A stretch of DNA of 64,000 nt from Escherichia coli (GCF_036507355.1 NZ_AP027877.1); one strand, 5' to 3'; shown: positions 21,729 to 32,625, counted from the first letter of the stretch. The notes: generated by a model from the sequence alone, not told the origin. Translations and numbers: made by a program.

Positions 21729-23690
21729 ATGCGGTTGTTTATTGCCGAAAAACCGAGTCTGGCGCGCGCCATTGCTGATGTCCTGCCCAAACCGCACCGT
21801 AAAGGCGATGGCTTTATCGAGTGCGGTAATGGTCAGGTGGTGACCTGGTGTATCGGTCACCTGCTTGAGCAGGCGCAGCCAGACGCCTACGACAGCCGCT
21901 ATGCGCGCTGGAATCTTGCGGATTTGCCGATTGTCCCGGAAAAGTGGCAATTACAGCCCCGACCCTCCGTGACCAAACAACTTAACGTCATCAAACGGTA
22001 CCTGCATGAAGCCAGCGAAATCGTTCACGCCGGGGACCCGGATCGCGAAGGGCAACTGCTGGTGGATGAAGTGCTGGACTATCTACAACTGGCACCGGAA
22101 AAGCGCCAGCAGGTGCAGCGTTGCTTGATAAACGACCTGAACCCGCAGGCGGTTGAGCGGGCGATCGACCGTCTTCGTTCCAACAGTGAGTTTGTACCGC
22201 TGTGCGTTTCTGCGCTGGCGCGAGCGCGTGCCGACTGGCTGTACGGCATCAATATGACCCGTGCGTATACCATTCTCGGTCGCAATGCCGGTTATCAGGG
22301 CGTGCTTTCCGTGGGACGCGTGCAGACGCCCGTGCTTGGGCTGGTGGTGCGCCGCGATGAAGAGATTGAAAACTTCGTGGCGAAAGACTTCTTTGAAGTC
22401 AAAGCACATATCGTGACACCTGCCGATGAGCGGTTTACCGCTATCTGGCAACCGAGCGAAGCGTGTGAACCGTACCAGGATGAAGAAGGGCGCTTGTTAC
22501 ATCGTCCACTGGCGGAGCATGTGGTTAACCGCATTAGTGGTCAACCGGCTATTGTCACCAGCTATAACGATAAACGGGAATCAGAATCCGCGCCGCTGCC
22601 GTTTTCGCTTTCGGCGTTGCAGATTGAAGCGGCAAAACGCTTTGGTCTGAGCGCGCAGAACGTGCTTGATATCTGCCAGAAGCTGTACGAAACGCACAAG
22701 CTAATCACTTATCCGCGTTCCGATTGTCGCTATTTGCCAGAAGAACATTTTGCCGGACGCCACGCGGTGATGAATGCCATCAGCGTTCATGCACCAGATC
22801 TGTTGCCGCAGCCAGTGGTAGATCCAGATATACGCAACCGCTGTTGGGATGACAAAAAGGTCGATGCGCACCACGCCATCATTCCGACCGCACGGAGTTC
22901 TGCGATCAACCTGACGGAGAACGAAGCGAAGGTCTATAACCTGATTGCTCGTCAGTACTTGATGCAGTTCTGCCCGGATGCGGTGTTCCGCAAGTGTGTT
23001 ATCGAACTGGACATTGCCAAAGGCAAATTTGTCGCTAAAGCGCGTTTTCTTGCTGAAGCAGGTTGGCGCGCGCTGTTAGGCAGCAAAGAGCGCGATGAAG
23101 AAAACGACGGCACGCCATTGCCTGTGGTGGCGAAAGGCGATGAGTTGCTGTGTGAAAAAGGTGAAGTGGTAGAGCGGCAAACCCAGCCGCCGCGCCATTT
23201 TACCGATGCAACACTGCTTTCGGCGATGACCGGGATCGCGCGCTTTGTGCAGGACAAAGATCTGAAAAAGATCCTTCGTGCGACCGATGGTCTGGGGACA
23301 GAAGCAACGCGTGCCGGGATTATTGAACTGTTGTTCAAGCGTGGTTTCCTCACCAAAAAAGGGCGCTATATCCACTCCACCGACGCCGGAAAAGCGTTAT
23401 TCCATTCGCTGCCAGAAATGGCTACGCGACCGGACATGACCGCGCACTGGGAATCGGTGCTGACGCAAATCAGCGAAAAGCAGTGTCGCTATCAGGACTT
23501 TATGCAGCCGCTGGTGGGGACGCTATATCAGCTTATTGATCAAGCCAAACGTACTCCGGTGCGGCAGTTTCGCGGCATTGTGGCTCCGGGCAGTGGTGGC
23601 AGTGCTGATAAGAAAAAGGCTGCACCGCGTAAACGTAGTGCGAAAAAAAGTCCGCCAGCAGATGAAGCCGGAAGCGGGGCGATAGCGTAA
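21729..23690 (+). CDS. topB: DNA topoisomerase III
   Basis: 653 aa from ATG 21729 ([19 protein letters not shown]), 4 bp after the selD stop; type IA topoisomerase TOPRIM domain. Confidence 0.95.
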   Translation: MRLFIAEKPSLARAIADVLPKPHRKGDGFIECGNGQVVTWCIGHLLEQAQPDAYDSRYARWNLADLPIVPEKWQLQPRPSVTKQLNVIKRYLHEASEIVHAGDPDREGQLLVDEVLDYLQLAPEKRQQVQRCLINDLNPQAVERAIDRLRSNSEFVPLCVSALARARADWLYGINMTRAYTILGRNAGYQGVLSVGRVQTPVLGLVVRRDEEIENFVAKDFFEVKAHIVTPADERFTAIWQPSEACEPYQDEEGRLLHRPLAEHVVNRISGQPAIVTSYNDKRESESAPLPFSLSALQIEAAKRFGLSAQNVLDICQKLYETHKLITYPRSDCRYLPEEHFAGRHAVMNAISVHAPDLLPQPVVDPDIRNRCWDDKKVDAHHAIIPTARSSAINLTENEAKVYNLIARQYLMQFCPDAVFRKCVIELDIAKGKFVAKARFLAEAGWRALLGSKERDEENDGTPLPVVAKGDELLCEKGEVVERQTQPPRHFTDATLLSAMTGIARFVQDKDLKKILRATDGLGTEATRAGIIELLFKRGFLTKKGRYIHSTDAGKALFHSLPEMATRPDMTAHWESVLTQISEKQCRYQDFMQPLVGTLYQLIDQAKRTPVRQFRGIVAPGSGGSADKKKAAPRKRSAKKSPPADEAGSGAIA

Positions 23691-23817
23691 GCGAGCGAAT
23701 CTTTCGTGCTATTCGAGTCATATTCTGAAATATCCAGCGGATCAAGAAAATTCGTTGGATATTTTTTTTGCATGGATAAAATTATCGCCTCTAAAGTATG
23801 TAATAACAGGGAATGTG

Positions 23818-24858
23818 ATGAAAAAAGTTTTATTACAAAACCATCCTGGGAGCGAGAAGTATTCTTTTAATGGCTGGGAAATATTTAATAGTAATTTTGA
23901 ACGGATGATTAAAGAAAATAAGGCCATGCTGCTTTGTAAGTGGGGGGGGTATTTAACATGTGTTGTCGCTGTAATGTTTGTATTCGCAGCGATAACATCC
24001 AACGGTTTGAATGAAAGAGGCCTGATTACCGCGGGATGCTCTTTTCTTTATCTATTAATTATGATGGGGCTTATTGTTCGGGCCGGTTTTAAAGCAAAAA
24101 AAGAACAACTGCATTATTATCAGGCTAAAGGTATTGAGCCGCTCAGTATCGAGAAGTTACAGGCGCTACAATTGATCGCACCTTATCGATTCTATCATAA
24201 GCAATGGTCTGAAACGCTGGAGTTCTGGCCGCGAAAGCCTGAACCTGGCAAAGATACCTTCCAATATCATGTGCTTCCTTTTGACTCGATCGATATCATA
24301 AGTAAAAGACGCGAGTCTTTAGAGGATCAATGGGGTATCGAAGATAGCGAAAGTTATTGTGCCTTAATGGAGCATTTTCTTTCTGGCGACCATGGAGCCA
24401 ATACCTTTAAAGCAAACATGGAGGAAGCCCCAGAGCAGGTTATCGCCTTGTTGAATAAATTTGCTGTTTTTCCCTCAGACTATATCTCTGATTGCGCTAA
24501 TCATAGCTCCGGTAAATCCTCGGCGAAGCTAATATGGGCGGCGGAATTATCATGGATGATCTCGATATCAAGCACAGCTTTTCAAAACGGGACAATTGAA
24601 GAAGAACTGGCCTGGCATTATATAATGCTTGCCTCTCGAAAGGCGCACGAGTTGTTCGAAAGCGAAGAAGATTATCAAAAAAATAGTCTAATGGGATTTC
24701 TTTACTGGCATATCTGCTGCTATCGCAGAAAGTTAACGGATGCTGAACTTGAAGCGTGTTATCGTTACGATAAGCAGTTTTGGGAGCACTATAGTAAGAA
24801 ATGCCGTTGGCCCATAAGAAATGTTCCCTGGGGAGCATCATCCGTTAAATACTCATAA
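23818..24858 (+). CDS. ynjI: Inner-membrane DUF1266 protein YnjI
   Basis: 346 aa from ATG 23818 (MKKVLLQNHPGSEKY); AT-rich by eye; two hydrophobic segments. Confidence 0.8.
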   Translation: MKKVLLQNHPGSEKYSFNGWEIFNSNFERMIKENKAMLLCKWGGYLTCVVAVMFVFAAITSNGLNERGLITAGCSFLYLLIMMGLIVRAGFKAKKEQLHYYQAKGIEPLSIEKLQALQLIAPYRFYHKQWSETLEFWPRKPEPGKDTFQYHVLPFDSIDIISKRRESLEDQWGIEDSESYCALMEHFLSGDHGANTFKANMEEAPEQVIALLNKFAVFPSDYISDCANHSSGKSSAKLIWAAELSWMISISSTAFQNGTIEEELAWHYIMLASRKAHELFESEEDYQKNSLMGFLYWHICCYRRKLTDAELEACYRYDKQFWEHYSKKCRWPIRNVPWGASSVKYS

Positions 24859-24870
24859 ACGCCTGAAATT

Positions 24871-24965
24871 TTGCCGGGGGCGCTGCGCTTGCCCGGCCTA
24901 CATTAGAGCGTAACTGCAATGAATTGTGCCCATTTGTAGGCCTGATAAGCGTAGCGCCATCAGGC
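24871..24965. repeat. REP/BIME repetitive extragenic palindromic element
   Basis: TTGCCGGGGGCGCTGCGCTTGCCCGGCCTAC ... GTAGGCCTGATAAGCGTAGCGCCATCAGGC, canonical REP motifs between convergent ynjI and gdhA. Confidence 0.85.
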
Positions 24966-24974
24966 ATTTACAAC

Positions 24975-26318
24975 TTAAATCACACCCTGCGCCAGCATCG
25001 CATCGGCAACCTTCACAAAACCGGCAATGTTCGCGCCCTGCACGTAGTTGGTTTGCTCACCTTCACCACCATGCTCAACACAGGCATGGTGGATATCCAG
25101 CATGATGTGATGCAAACGTGCGTCAACTTTCTCGGCTTTCCAGCCCAGGCGCGCAGCGTTTTGCGCCATTTCAAGGCCTGACGTTGCTACACCGCCAGCA
25201 TTAGCCGCTTTACCCGGTGCAAACAGTACGCCTGCCTGCTGGAACAGTTCAGTCGCTTCGATGGTGGTTGGCATATTTGCCCCTTCAGCGACGGCTTTAA
25301 CGCCATTGGCGATAAGCTGATGCGCGGCGTCAACATCCAGTTCATTCTGGGTGGCGCAAGGCAGGGCGATATCAACCGGTACAGACCACGGCTGTTGGCC
25401 TTCGAGATAGACCAGACCAAATTCTTTGGCGTAATCTGCCACTCGACCATCGCGGCTGGCTTTGATTTCGATAAGACGTGCCAGTTTCTCTTTCGTGAAT
25501 CCGCTTTCATCAACTACAGTGCCGCTGGAGTCTGACGCAGTGATCACACGAGCACCAAATTCCATCGCTTTTTCGATAGCGTACTGGGCGACGTTGCCGG
25601 AGCCAGAAACGGAAACGCGCATTCCTTCAAAACCCATACCGTGGCGTTTTAGCATTGCTTCTGTGAAATAAACCAGACCGTAGCCGGTAGCTTCCGGGCG
25701 AATAAGACTGCCGCCAAATGAAAGGCCCTTACCGGTGAAGACGCAGGCGGTATTGTTGGAGAGCTTTTTCATCATCCCCGCCATAAAGCCGACTTCACGA
25801 CCACCAACCCCGATATCACCTGCCGGAACGTCGGTATCCGCGCCCAGGTGGCGATACAGTTCAGTCATCAGCGCCTGGCAAAAACGCATCACTTCACCTT
25901 CGCTTTTTCCTTTCGGATCGAAATCGCTGCCGCCTTTACCACCGCCCATCGGCAGAGTAGTCAGGGCATTTTTGAAGGTTTGTTCGAAGCCGAGGAATTT
26001 GAGAATGGAGAGGTTAACTGACGGATGGAAGCGCATACCGCCTTTGTACGGGCCGATGGCAGAGCTGAACTGCACACGCCATGCACGGTTGACCTGTACC
26101 TGATTGCGATCATCAACCCATACCACGCGAAACTGGATCACGCGCTCCGGTTCAACCAGACGCTCCAGTAATGACATCTGGCGATATTTTGGATTTTGTT
26201 CAAGAAAAGGCCAGAGTGTGGTCATTACTTCACGAACGGCTTGCGCGAACTCGGTTTGATTCGGGTCGCGCTTTTGGACATGGTTGAGGAATGACTCCAG
26301 AGAATATGTCTGATCCAT
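24975..26318 (-). CDS. gdhA: NADP-specific glutamate dehydrogenase
   Basis: 447 aa, MDQTYSLESFLNHVQKRDP..., Glu/Leu/Phe/Val dehydrogenase motif GGGKGG. Confidence 0.97.
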   Translation of the reverse strand: MDQTYSLESFLNHVQKRDPNQTEFAQAVREVMTTLWPFLEQNPKYRQMSLLERLVEPERVIQFRVVWVDDRNQVQVNRAWRVQFSSAIGPYKGGMRFHPSVNLSILKFLGFEQTFKNALTTLPMGGGKGGSDFDPKGKSEGEVMRFCQALMTELYRHLGADTDVPAGDIGVGGREVGFMAGMMKKLSNNTACVFTGKGLSFGGSLIRPEATGYGLVYFTEAMLKRHGMGFEGMRVSVSGSGNVAQYAIEKAMEFGARVITASDSSGTVVDESGFTKEKLARLIEIKASRDGRVADYAKEFGLVYLEGQQPWSVPVDIALPCATQNELDVDAAHQLIANGVKAVAEGANMPTTIEATELFQQAGVLFAPGKAANAGGVATSGLEMAQNAARLGWKAEKVDARLHHIMLDIHHACVEHGGEGEQTNYVQGANIAGFVKVADAMLAQGVI

Positions 26319-26553
26319 AGATATAAAACCCTTATATATTAATACGATTGTGCTTATGTTGTTTATGTCATGTGCTTTTGCAGTTTTCGACTATACCATC
26401 AAGAATGTGACGGTAAGCAAGAAAAAAATGACCCAGGAAAGCAAATTAATAACGAGAGTAATCTCATAACCAAATGCGATAACTCAGACGCTAAAGTTTT
26501 GCCGCCCGGCTACCGTTATCAGTAGCAGAGACAATAACGTTAAGGAGTTCCCT

Positions 26554-26826
26554 GTGAGTCGAGCATTGTTCGCCGTAGTATTAGCATTTCCATTAATTGC
26601 ACTGGCTAACCCGCATTATCGTCCGGACGTGGAGGTTAACGTACCGCCAGAAGTGTTCAGTTCAGGCGGGCAGTCAGCGCAGCCCTGTACTCAGTGCTGC
26701 GTTTATCAGGATAAAAATTATTCTGAAGGGGCGGTAATTAAAGCCGAAGGAATACTGCTGCAATGCCAGCGGGATGACAAAACCCTTAGCACTAATCCGC
26801 TGGTCTGGCGGCGCGTAAAGCCATAA
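26554..26826 (+). CDS. ynjH: DUF1496 secreted protein YnjH
   Basis: 90 aa with signal peptide and Cys-rich mature part; GTG start. Confidence 0.8.
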   Translation: MSRALFAVVLAFPLIALANPHYRPDVEVNVPPEVFSSGGQSAQPCTQCCVYQDKNYSEGAVIKAEGILLQCQRDDKTLSTNPLVWRRVKP

Positions 26827-27199
26827 ACGCCTCTAATAATGGAATGTCAGCAGGGGCCAGCGGATATTGCAGCGCCTCTTCAGGTGAGCACCAGACCAGC
26901 GCCTGATGTTCATGTGCCTGTAACGTCCCGTGGAAGTCGGGTACGTGCCAGGCATGAAGATGGATAATCCGCCCCGAAACTTCTCGCTGATGGCTGGCTA
27001 CATACTCACCCACAGTTGCTTCGATGCCCAATTCTTCGTTTAACTCACGCACCAGCGCCTGCTGCTGGCTTTCATCCAGCTCGACTTTACCACCGGCAAA
27101 CTCCCATAATCCCGCCTGATCGCTCTGGGCGGGGCGTTGCGCGAGTAAAATTTTGCCATCACGTTCAATGATGGCGGCAACAACTTCAATCATTTTCAT
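26792..27199 (-). CDS. nudG: Nudix hydrolase NudG (CTP/5-methyl-dCTP pyrophosphohydrolase)
   Basis: 135 aa; Nudix box GGKVELDESQQQALVRELNEELGI; its 3' end overlaps the ynjH 3' end. Confidence 0.92.
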   Translation of the reverse strand: MKMIEVVAAIIERDGKILLAQRPAQSDQAGLWEFAGGKVELDESQQQALVRELNEELGIEATVGEYVASHQREVSGRIIHLHAWHVPDFHGTLQAHEHQALVWCSPEEALQYPLAPADIPLLEAFMALRAARPAD

Positions 27200-27285
27200 A
27201 AATTACACACGGGCAGATAAGCGAAAAATGCCATAATATCCGCACTGTTGCTCAATCAGAAAGGCTTTATATTTAAGGAGTGCCT

Positions 27286-27906
27286 GTGCTAGACCGCCAT
27301 CTTCATCCCCGGATTAAACCGTTGTTGCATCAGTGCGTGCGGGTTCTTGATAAACCGGGCATTACGCCAGATGGTTTAACATTAGTGGGATTTGCCATCG
27401 GCGTGCTGGCTCTGCCGTTTCTGGCGCTGGGCTGGTATCTGGCGGCGCTAGTCGTCATTTTGTTGAACAGGCTGCTTGATGGTCTGGACGGTGCGCTGGC
27501 GCGGCGCAGAGGGCTTACTGACGCGGGCGGCTTTCTTGATATTTCTCTCGATTTTCTTTTTTACGCGCTGGTGCCTTTTGGGTTTATCCTCGCCGCACCG
27601 CAGCAAAACGCCCTGGCAGGCGGCTGGCTGCTGTTTGCGTTTATCGGCACGGGTAGCAGTTTTCTAGCTTTTGCTGCGCTGGCGGCGAAACATCAGATTG
27701 ATAATCCCGGTTATGCGCATAAATCGTTTTATTATCTGGGGGGATTAACCGAAGGCACAGAAACGATCTTACTGTTTGTGCTGGGATGTTTATTCCCTGC
27801 ATGGTTTGCGTGGTTTGCGTGGATCTTCGGTGCGTTGTGCTGGATGACGACCTTTACGCGGGTGTGGAGTGGGTATCTGACGCTGAAGTCGCTCCAGCGT
27901 CAGTAA
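27286..27906 (+). CDS. ynjF: CDP-alcohol phosphatidyltransferase-family membrane protein YnjF
   Basis: Motif DGLDGALAR of CDP-alcohol phosphotransferases; start set to the second GTG (27286), well spaced from the AAGGAG Shine-Dalgarno; 27280 is possible. Confidence 0.82.
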   Translation: MLDRHLHPRIKPLLHQCVRVLDKPGITPDGLTLVGFAIGVLALPFLALGWYLAALVVILLNRLLDGLDGALARRRGLTDAGGFLDISLDFLFYALVPFGFILAAPQQNALAGGWLLFAFIGTGSSFLAFAALAAKHQIDNPGYAHKSFYYLGGLTEGTETILLFVLGCLFPAWFAWFAWIFGALCWMTTFTRVWSGYLTLKSLQRQ

Positions 27907-27914
27907 TTGCAATG

Positions 27915-29222
27915 TTATTTGCTGCTGTCCGGGCCGCGTTCACCGGTTGCTACCGGATTTTTTGGATCGCTGCTCCATTCGTACCAGCCGCCGTCGTAAA
28001 CGGAGACGTTATTCCAGCCCATTGCTCGTGCGTACATAAAGGTTTCGGACGCGCGCCAGCCGGTGCCGCAGTAGAATGAAACTTGCTGATCTGGTTTGAT
28101 ATTCCATGCTTTCCACATAGCGGTAATATCATCGGCGCTACGCATGGTGCCATCCGGGTTATGGAAATCTTCCATATGCGTCGAGTCGCTACCAGCGTGT
28201 CCCCAACGTGCTCCGGCTATTTCACCTTTTGGTTTAATATAGCTGTAACCGCTGGTCGTACCGATAAATTCTGGCCACGAACGAATGCTCACCAGCGATG
28301 CATCCTGGCGATGCAGCAGTCCACGGGCCTGTTCCATATCGAGCATCAGTTGCGGTTGTGCCGGGATCTTCACGCCGAAATCCGGTTCCGCTTTCACTTT
28401 CGGTGGCGTTCCTCGCTCAACAGGCAGTCTCGCGTCGGACCAGGTTTGCCAGCCGCCATCCAGCAGGCGCACATCTTTCACGCCTGCATACAGCATAATC
28501 TGCGCCACACGCGCTGCAGCGTATACGTCACGCCCGTACAGAATGACCGTGGTGTCATGGCGAATGCCGTGTTTTGCCAGCATCGCTTTTAGTTGTTCAT
28601 CAGAAACTTTGTTCCACAGCGGTTCGCTTTCCACTTCGTTGGTATCGATGTAGTCAGCACCGGGAATATGGCTGATAAGGTAAAGCTTAGGAGCGCCCCA
28701 GGCCGCTTCAATGACTTTCCAGTCTCCGGCAGGTTTCGCCGTAACCTCTTTACCTTGTTGCAGGTCGTGCAGCCATTGCGGATAAACCAGCTGCTCAAAG
28801 TGCGGCAGTTTTTGTAGACGGGAAGGTTCGCTTAGCGCGTCACTCAGAATGGAGATATGCGTAAAACCTGCTTTTTGCAGTCGCGTTTTGACGGCGTCGA
28901 CATCTTTGCCATTACCGTATAGCGCCACCGGGGCATCGGCTTTCAGGTTATGTTGCTTGATCCACGCGTTTAGCTGTTCGGTGCTCATTTTGTCAAGCCA
29001 GCTAGCAGAGAGGTTTAAGGCGGCAGGTTCATGACCAGAAGGGCCATTTAAGGTTTGTGGCCAGCCGTTATAAAACGCGCTGGGGCGAGTATCTATCGCT
29101 TTGCCATTTTGTTGTTGAAGCTGGTCAAGTGTAAGAGGCTTCGCCAGTTCAGCGGCCCACGAAGAAGCGCAAGCCAGCCCTAAAGCCATTGCGAGCGCGG
29201 TCATTTGAGAAACACGTTTCAT
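27915..29222 (-). CDS. ynjE: Periplasmic thiosulfate sulfurtransferase (three-domain rhodanese) YnjE
   Basis: 435 aa from ATG 29222 (MKRVSQMTALAMALGLACASSWA signal peptide); rhodanese active-site CGTGWR near the C-terminus. Confidence 0.9.
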   Translation of the reverse strand: MKRVSQMTALAMALGLACASSWAAELAKPLTLDQLQQQNGKAIDTRPSAFYNGWPQTLNGPSGHEPAALNLSASWLDKMSTEQLNAWIKQHNLKADAPVALYGNGKDVDAVKTRLQKAGFTHISILSDALSEPSRLQKLPHFEQLVYPQWLHDLQQGKEVTAKPAGDWKVIEAAWGAPKLYLISHIPGADYIDTNEVESEPLWNKVSDEQLKAMLAKHGIRHDTTVILYGRDVYAAARVAQIMLYAGVKDVRLLDGGWQTWSDARLPVERGTPPKVKAEPDFGVKIPAQPQLMLDMEQARGLLHRQDASLVSIRSWPEFIGTTSGYSYIKPKGEIAGARWGHAGSDSTHMEDFHNPDGTMRSADDITAMWKAWNIKPDQQVSFYCGTGWRASETFMYARAMGWNNVSVYDGGWYEWSSDPKNPVATGERGPDSSK

Positions 29223-29288
29223 CGAAAATCCCGACATTGTAGTTTTGAGTGCGCCATTCTGAACTGACGCATTGGGAAAAACTTTGCG

Positions 29289-29942
29289 TTATCGCAGTTT
29301 GTTGTAATTTTCTGACCACTGAGCCATATCCAGAACAGAACTATCAGCAGGAACATCCTGGAGATCGTGCGTTACCTGAACGACGGGGATCGCCAGTTCG
29401 CGAACTTCGCTGAACACCCACTGGCGAAAATTATCGCGCAGAGCCACATCAAGACGGCTGAATGGCTCATCCAGTAGCAACGCTTTTGGCTGAGCGAGAA
29501 GGGCGCGAAGCAGAGCAACGCGCGCTCGCTGACCGCCAGACAAAGTGGCAGGATCCTGATGGAAAGCTCCGTCAAGGCCTGAACGCTCAAGTGCATCATT
29601 CACGGCATTACGTCGGGCATTCCCCTTAAGTGTCGCCGGTAGCGCCAGCAGTAAATTTTGCCCGACACTGAACTGGTCAAATAACAGTGCATCCTGGAAA
29701 AGAATGCCAATATGACGCTGTGCGGTGGGTAGCATGTCAATCCGTTGCTCATTGAGCCATAGCTCACCTGTACAAGAAAACTGTCCAGCCAGTGCACCAA
29801 TCATCCATGAAAACAGAGTGGATTTTCCACAGCCAGACGGACCCATTAACGTGACAATGTCACCTTTATCCACCGTAAAGTTAACGTTTGTCAGCAAGCG
29901 GCTTTCTGGTAAACGTAGCGAAACATTTTTCACGCAGAGCAT
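29289..29942 (-). CDS. ynjD: ABC transporter ATP-binding protein YnjD
   Basis: Walker A GPSGCGKST, ABC signature LSGGQ, Walker B LLLDEPFS; start ATG 29942 shares one base with the ynjC stop (TAATG). Confidence 0.9.
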   Translation of the reverse strand: MLCVKNVSLRLPESRLLTNVNFTVDKGDIVTLMGPSGCGKSTLFSWMIGALAGQFSCTGELWLNEQRIDMLPTAQRHIGILFQDALLFDQFSVGQNLLLALPATLKGNARRNAVNDALERSGLDGAFHQDPATLSGGQRARVALLRALLAQPKALLLDEPFSRLDVALRDNFRQWVFSEVRELAIPVVQVTHDLQDVPADSSVLDMAQWSENYNKLR

Positions 29943-31477
29943 TAGCGGAGTCCTTGTCTGACATAACCTACCCATTTTGCGACTAACGCGGTCAGGGCAA
30001 AAATAGTAAGCGGTAATAGCAGTTGCCATAAAGCCTGGGCGGCGAGAATACCGTTGCTGCCGCCGCTGCTTAATGCCACCGCCTCAGTGGTGAGCGTCGG
30101 AAAACGCCCCGCGCCCAGCCACAGCGTCGGCATATACTGCGCAATACTGACTGAAAATCCCACCGCGAAGGCAATCAGCGTAGGGCGTAGCATAAGCGGA
30201 CATTTCACGTAAAAGAAGATTTTGGCCCGCGACCAGCCCAGTGTTTGTGCAATCAAAATTAACCGTGAATCAATGCGCTGCCAGGCGGGTTGCAGGATAA
30301 ACAGCATCCACGGCATTACCCACAGCAGATGCCCCCAGACCACCGCCGTCCAGCTTCCATCCATGTTCAGCCATAGCGCCAGCGTGTACTGGCCCGCCAC
30401 CAGCTGCAGTGCCGGTAATAAAATGGGCAACCATAGCCACAACTGGCGACGCTGTGGCCCCCATTCCAGCCACAGCAGTAACAGGAGCCAAGCGATGAAT
30501 GTCGCCACCAGCCCCATTGTCAGGCTGTTGATGAGCGCTTCACTATTGATCGTCGACTGATCCGCGAGGATCGCCAGCAGAACCACACACAGCACACCGG
30601 TCAAGGGTAAAAAACTCGCCAGCGTAATGCCTGGCAATAAAGGCGTGGCAGGCTTACGAACGCCATCTACGCGGGGAATAGTACGCCGCCAGGTACACCA
30701 TAGCAGATAGCCCAGCAAAACGTAGGCGGCGAGTAACAACATCAGCAGCAGGCTGGCGAGTGCGCCTTTCGTTTGTTGATCGGCGTCGCCCTGAGTTAAC
30801 CACTGCCAGCTAATTACTGCCAGCGTCGGTGGATTACCTGGCCCAAGAATAATCGCCACATCCACGACCGACAGCGACCAGGCAACAATCGCCAGCATCG
30901 CCATTGCCAGCGCAGGCGCGACGGAGGGCAACAGCAGCCAGTTCAGGCATTGCCAGCGGCTGTAGCCCAGCGAATCCAGCACGATGACTTGCTGTAAAAG
31001 CCGTTTTTCACTCAATACCGCTGCTAAGATCCACAGCAGAAATGCGCTTTCTTTCACCGCCAGCATGAAGCCCAGCCCAATACCCAATTTGTCCATTGGC
31101 GGAGTGAAATACGGGAAATAGTCATAAAGCAGCCCTCCGTCAGCAAAGAGCAGAAGGGCGCTGGTGGCAAAAGCCACATGGGGAATGGCGAGCAGCCACG
31201 GCAGACGGGTGCACATACGCTGCCATTTCGGCCCAGGCCACAGCGCCACAATCACCAGCAGGGCAATCAACAACGCCCCGACCGCCGCGATGGTTGTCGA
31301 CACCAGCGTTGCCAGTAATGCCTGCGGTAACTGTGGATCGGCAAATAACGCCTGCCAGTGTGTCAACGACAAAGCAGGCGATATCAGCGTGAGAGCTGCC
31401 GGGATCAGCGGTGCATAAATCACCGCCACCATCGCCCACAGCAAAAAGATTAATGCGTACCGTAACGGTGTAGCCAT
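29942..31477 (-). CDS. ynjC: ABC transporter permease YnjC (fused double permease domain)
   Basis: About 511 aa polytopic membrane protein; start at 31477 or 31501, either overlapping the ynjB 3' end. Confidence 0.85.
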   Translation of the reverse strand: MATPLRYALIFLLWAMVAVIYAPLIPAALTLISPALSLTHWQALFADPQLPQALLATLVSTTIAAVGALLIALLVIVALWPGPKWQRMCTRLPWLLAIPHVAFATSALLLFADGGLLYDYFPYFTPPMDKLGIGLGFMLAVKESAFLLWILAAVLSEKRLLQQVIVLDSLGYSRWQCLNWLLLPSVAPALAMAMLAIVAWSLSVVDVAIILGPGNPPTLAVISWQWLTQGDADQQTKGALASLLLMLLLAAYVLLGYLLWCTWRRTIPRVDGVRKPATPLLPGITLASFLPLTGVLCVVLLAILADQSTINSEALINSLTMGLVATFIAWLLLLLWLEWGPQRRQLWLWLPILLPALQLVAGQYTLALWLNMDGSWTAVVWGHLLWVMPWMLFILQPAWQRIDSRLILIAQTLGWSRAKIFFYVKCPLMLRPTLIAFAVGFSVSIAQYMPTLWLGAGRFPTLTTEAVALSSGGSNGILAAQALWQLLLPLTIFALTALVAKWVGYVRQGLR

Positions 31478-32619
31478 TCTTGTTCCAGCGCATTTACCCA
31501 ACCTGCGTGCGGTTCAGCCAGTACCGGCGGCAGATCTTGCGGCATTCTTGATTGCAATGTTTCGCGCTGCCCATCAGGCAGTTTTTGCGGATCGAGAACA
31601 GAAGGATCGCCCCAGACAGCGGGATCTGCTTTACGCAATTGCGCATCGGGTGAGAGCAAGAAATTGGCAACTACCTTCGCCGCAGCACTGGCATTCGCGT
31701 TGGCAGGAATGGTGACGAAATGCACATTGCCAATCATCCCCTCGCGAAAGCCAAAACTGTAACTGCTTGCAGGCAAATCGCCGCTGGCGATTTTTTGCTG
31801 CGCATGCGCGGGGTTAAAGGTCAGCGACAGGCGCAATGTGCCGGCTTTCAGCAGAGCATCCATCCGCGCGGGCGAAGGCGGGAAATCCTTTCCTTCGCGC
31901 CACAAATACGGATGCAGCGCATCAAGATATTGCCACAAGGGAGCAGTGACACGGGCGAAAGTTGCATCGTCCGGCGCTTCTTTTAATGCGGCGGGATCGG
32001 GCGTCAGCATAATCAGCAACTGTTCAAGAAACGCCGTGCCGGTAAAGTCCGGTGGGCGCGGATAGGTAACCGTGCCGGGATTGGCTTTAGCAAACTCCAG
32101 TAAGGCTTGCGGCGTTTGTGGTGGCTGTGGCGTAACATCGCGGCGGGCGATAAATGTCAGTTGTGCGCCCCCCCAGGGCGATTCAGCCCCTTCTGTAGGC
32201 ACTGAAAAATCTTCCCGCACCGGCAGCTGTGTGTCGACATAGCGCCAGTTGGGCAGAGTCTCTGCCCAGTCGGTTTGCAGTAAATTGGCCTCTTTTAAGG
32301 TGTGGAAGTTTTCGCCGTTCACCCAGAGCAGATCCACCGAGCCGCCCGTTTTACGTCCGGCTGCGGCTTCGGTCTGAATGCGCTTCACCGCGTCTGCGGC
32401 ATCCGCCAGACGAACAATCTTCAGGTTTATAGCGTAATGGGTTTTCATCTCGCCGCTCACCCAGTCGAGATAGCGGTTAATTGCGGTATCGCCGCCCCAG
32501 GCGTTAAACCAGACGGTTTGCCCTTTGGCCTCATTTTTAATTTCTTGCCAGTCACTGGCATGTGTTGCCAGAGAAAACAGCGATAACAATCCCAGCAACC
32601 ACCCACAATGGCGCATCAT
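31450..32619 (-). CDS. ynjB: ABC transporter periplasmic substrate-binding protein YnjB
   Basis: 389 aa with signal peptide MMRHCGWLLGLLSLFSLATHA; thiamine/iron-type solute-binding protein family recognised. Confidence 0.88.
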   Translation of the reverse strand: MMRHCGWLLGLLSLFSLATHASDWQEIKNEAKGQTVWFNAWGGDTAINRYLDWVSGEMKTHYAINLKIVRLADAADAVKRIQTEAAAGRKTGGSVDLLWVNGENFHTLKEANLLQTDWAETLPNWRYVDTQLPVREDFSVPTEGAESPWGGAQLTFIARRDVTPQPPQTPQALLEFAKANPGTVTYPRPPDFTGTAFLEQLLIMLTPDPAALKEAPDDATFARVTAPLWQYLDALHPYLWREGKDFPPSPARMDALLKAGTLRLSLTFNPAHAQQKIASGDLPASSYSFGFREGMIGNVHFVTIPANANASAAAKVVANFLLSPDAQLRKADPAVWGDPSVLDPQKLPDGQRETLQSRMPQDLPPVLAEPHAGWVNALEQEWLHRYGTH

Positions 32620-32625
32620 CTCTCC

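Noticed and set aside
20627-21790. Minus-strand ORFs of 186, 127 and 178 aa
   Set aside because: Antisense to selD and the topB 5' end; no independent support.
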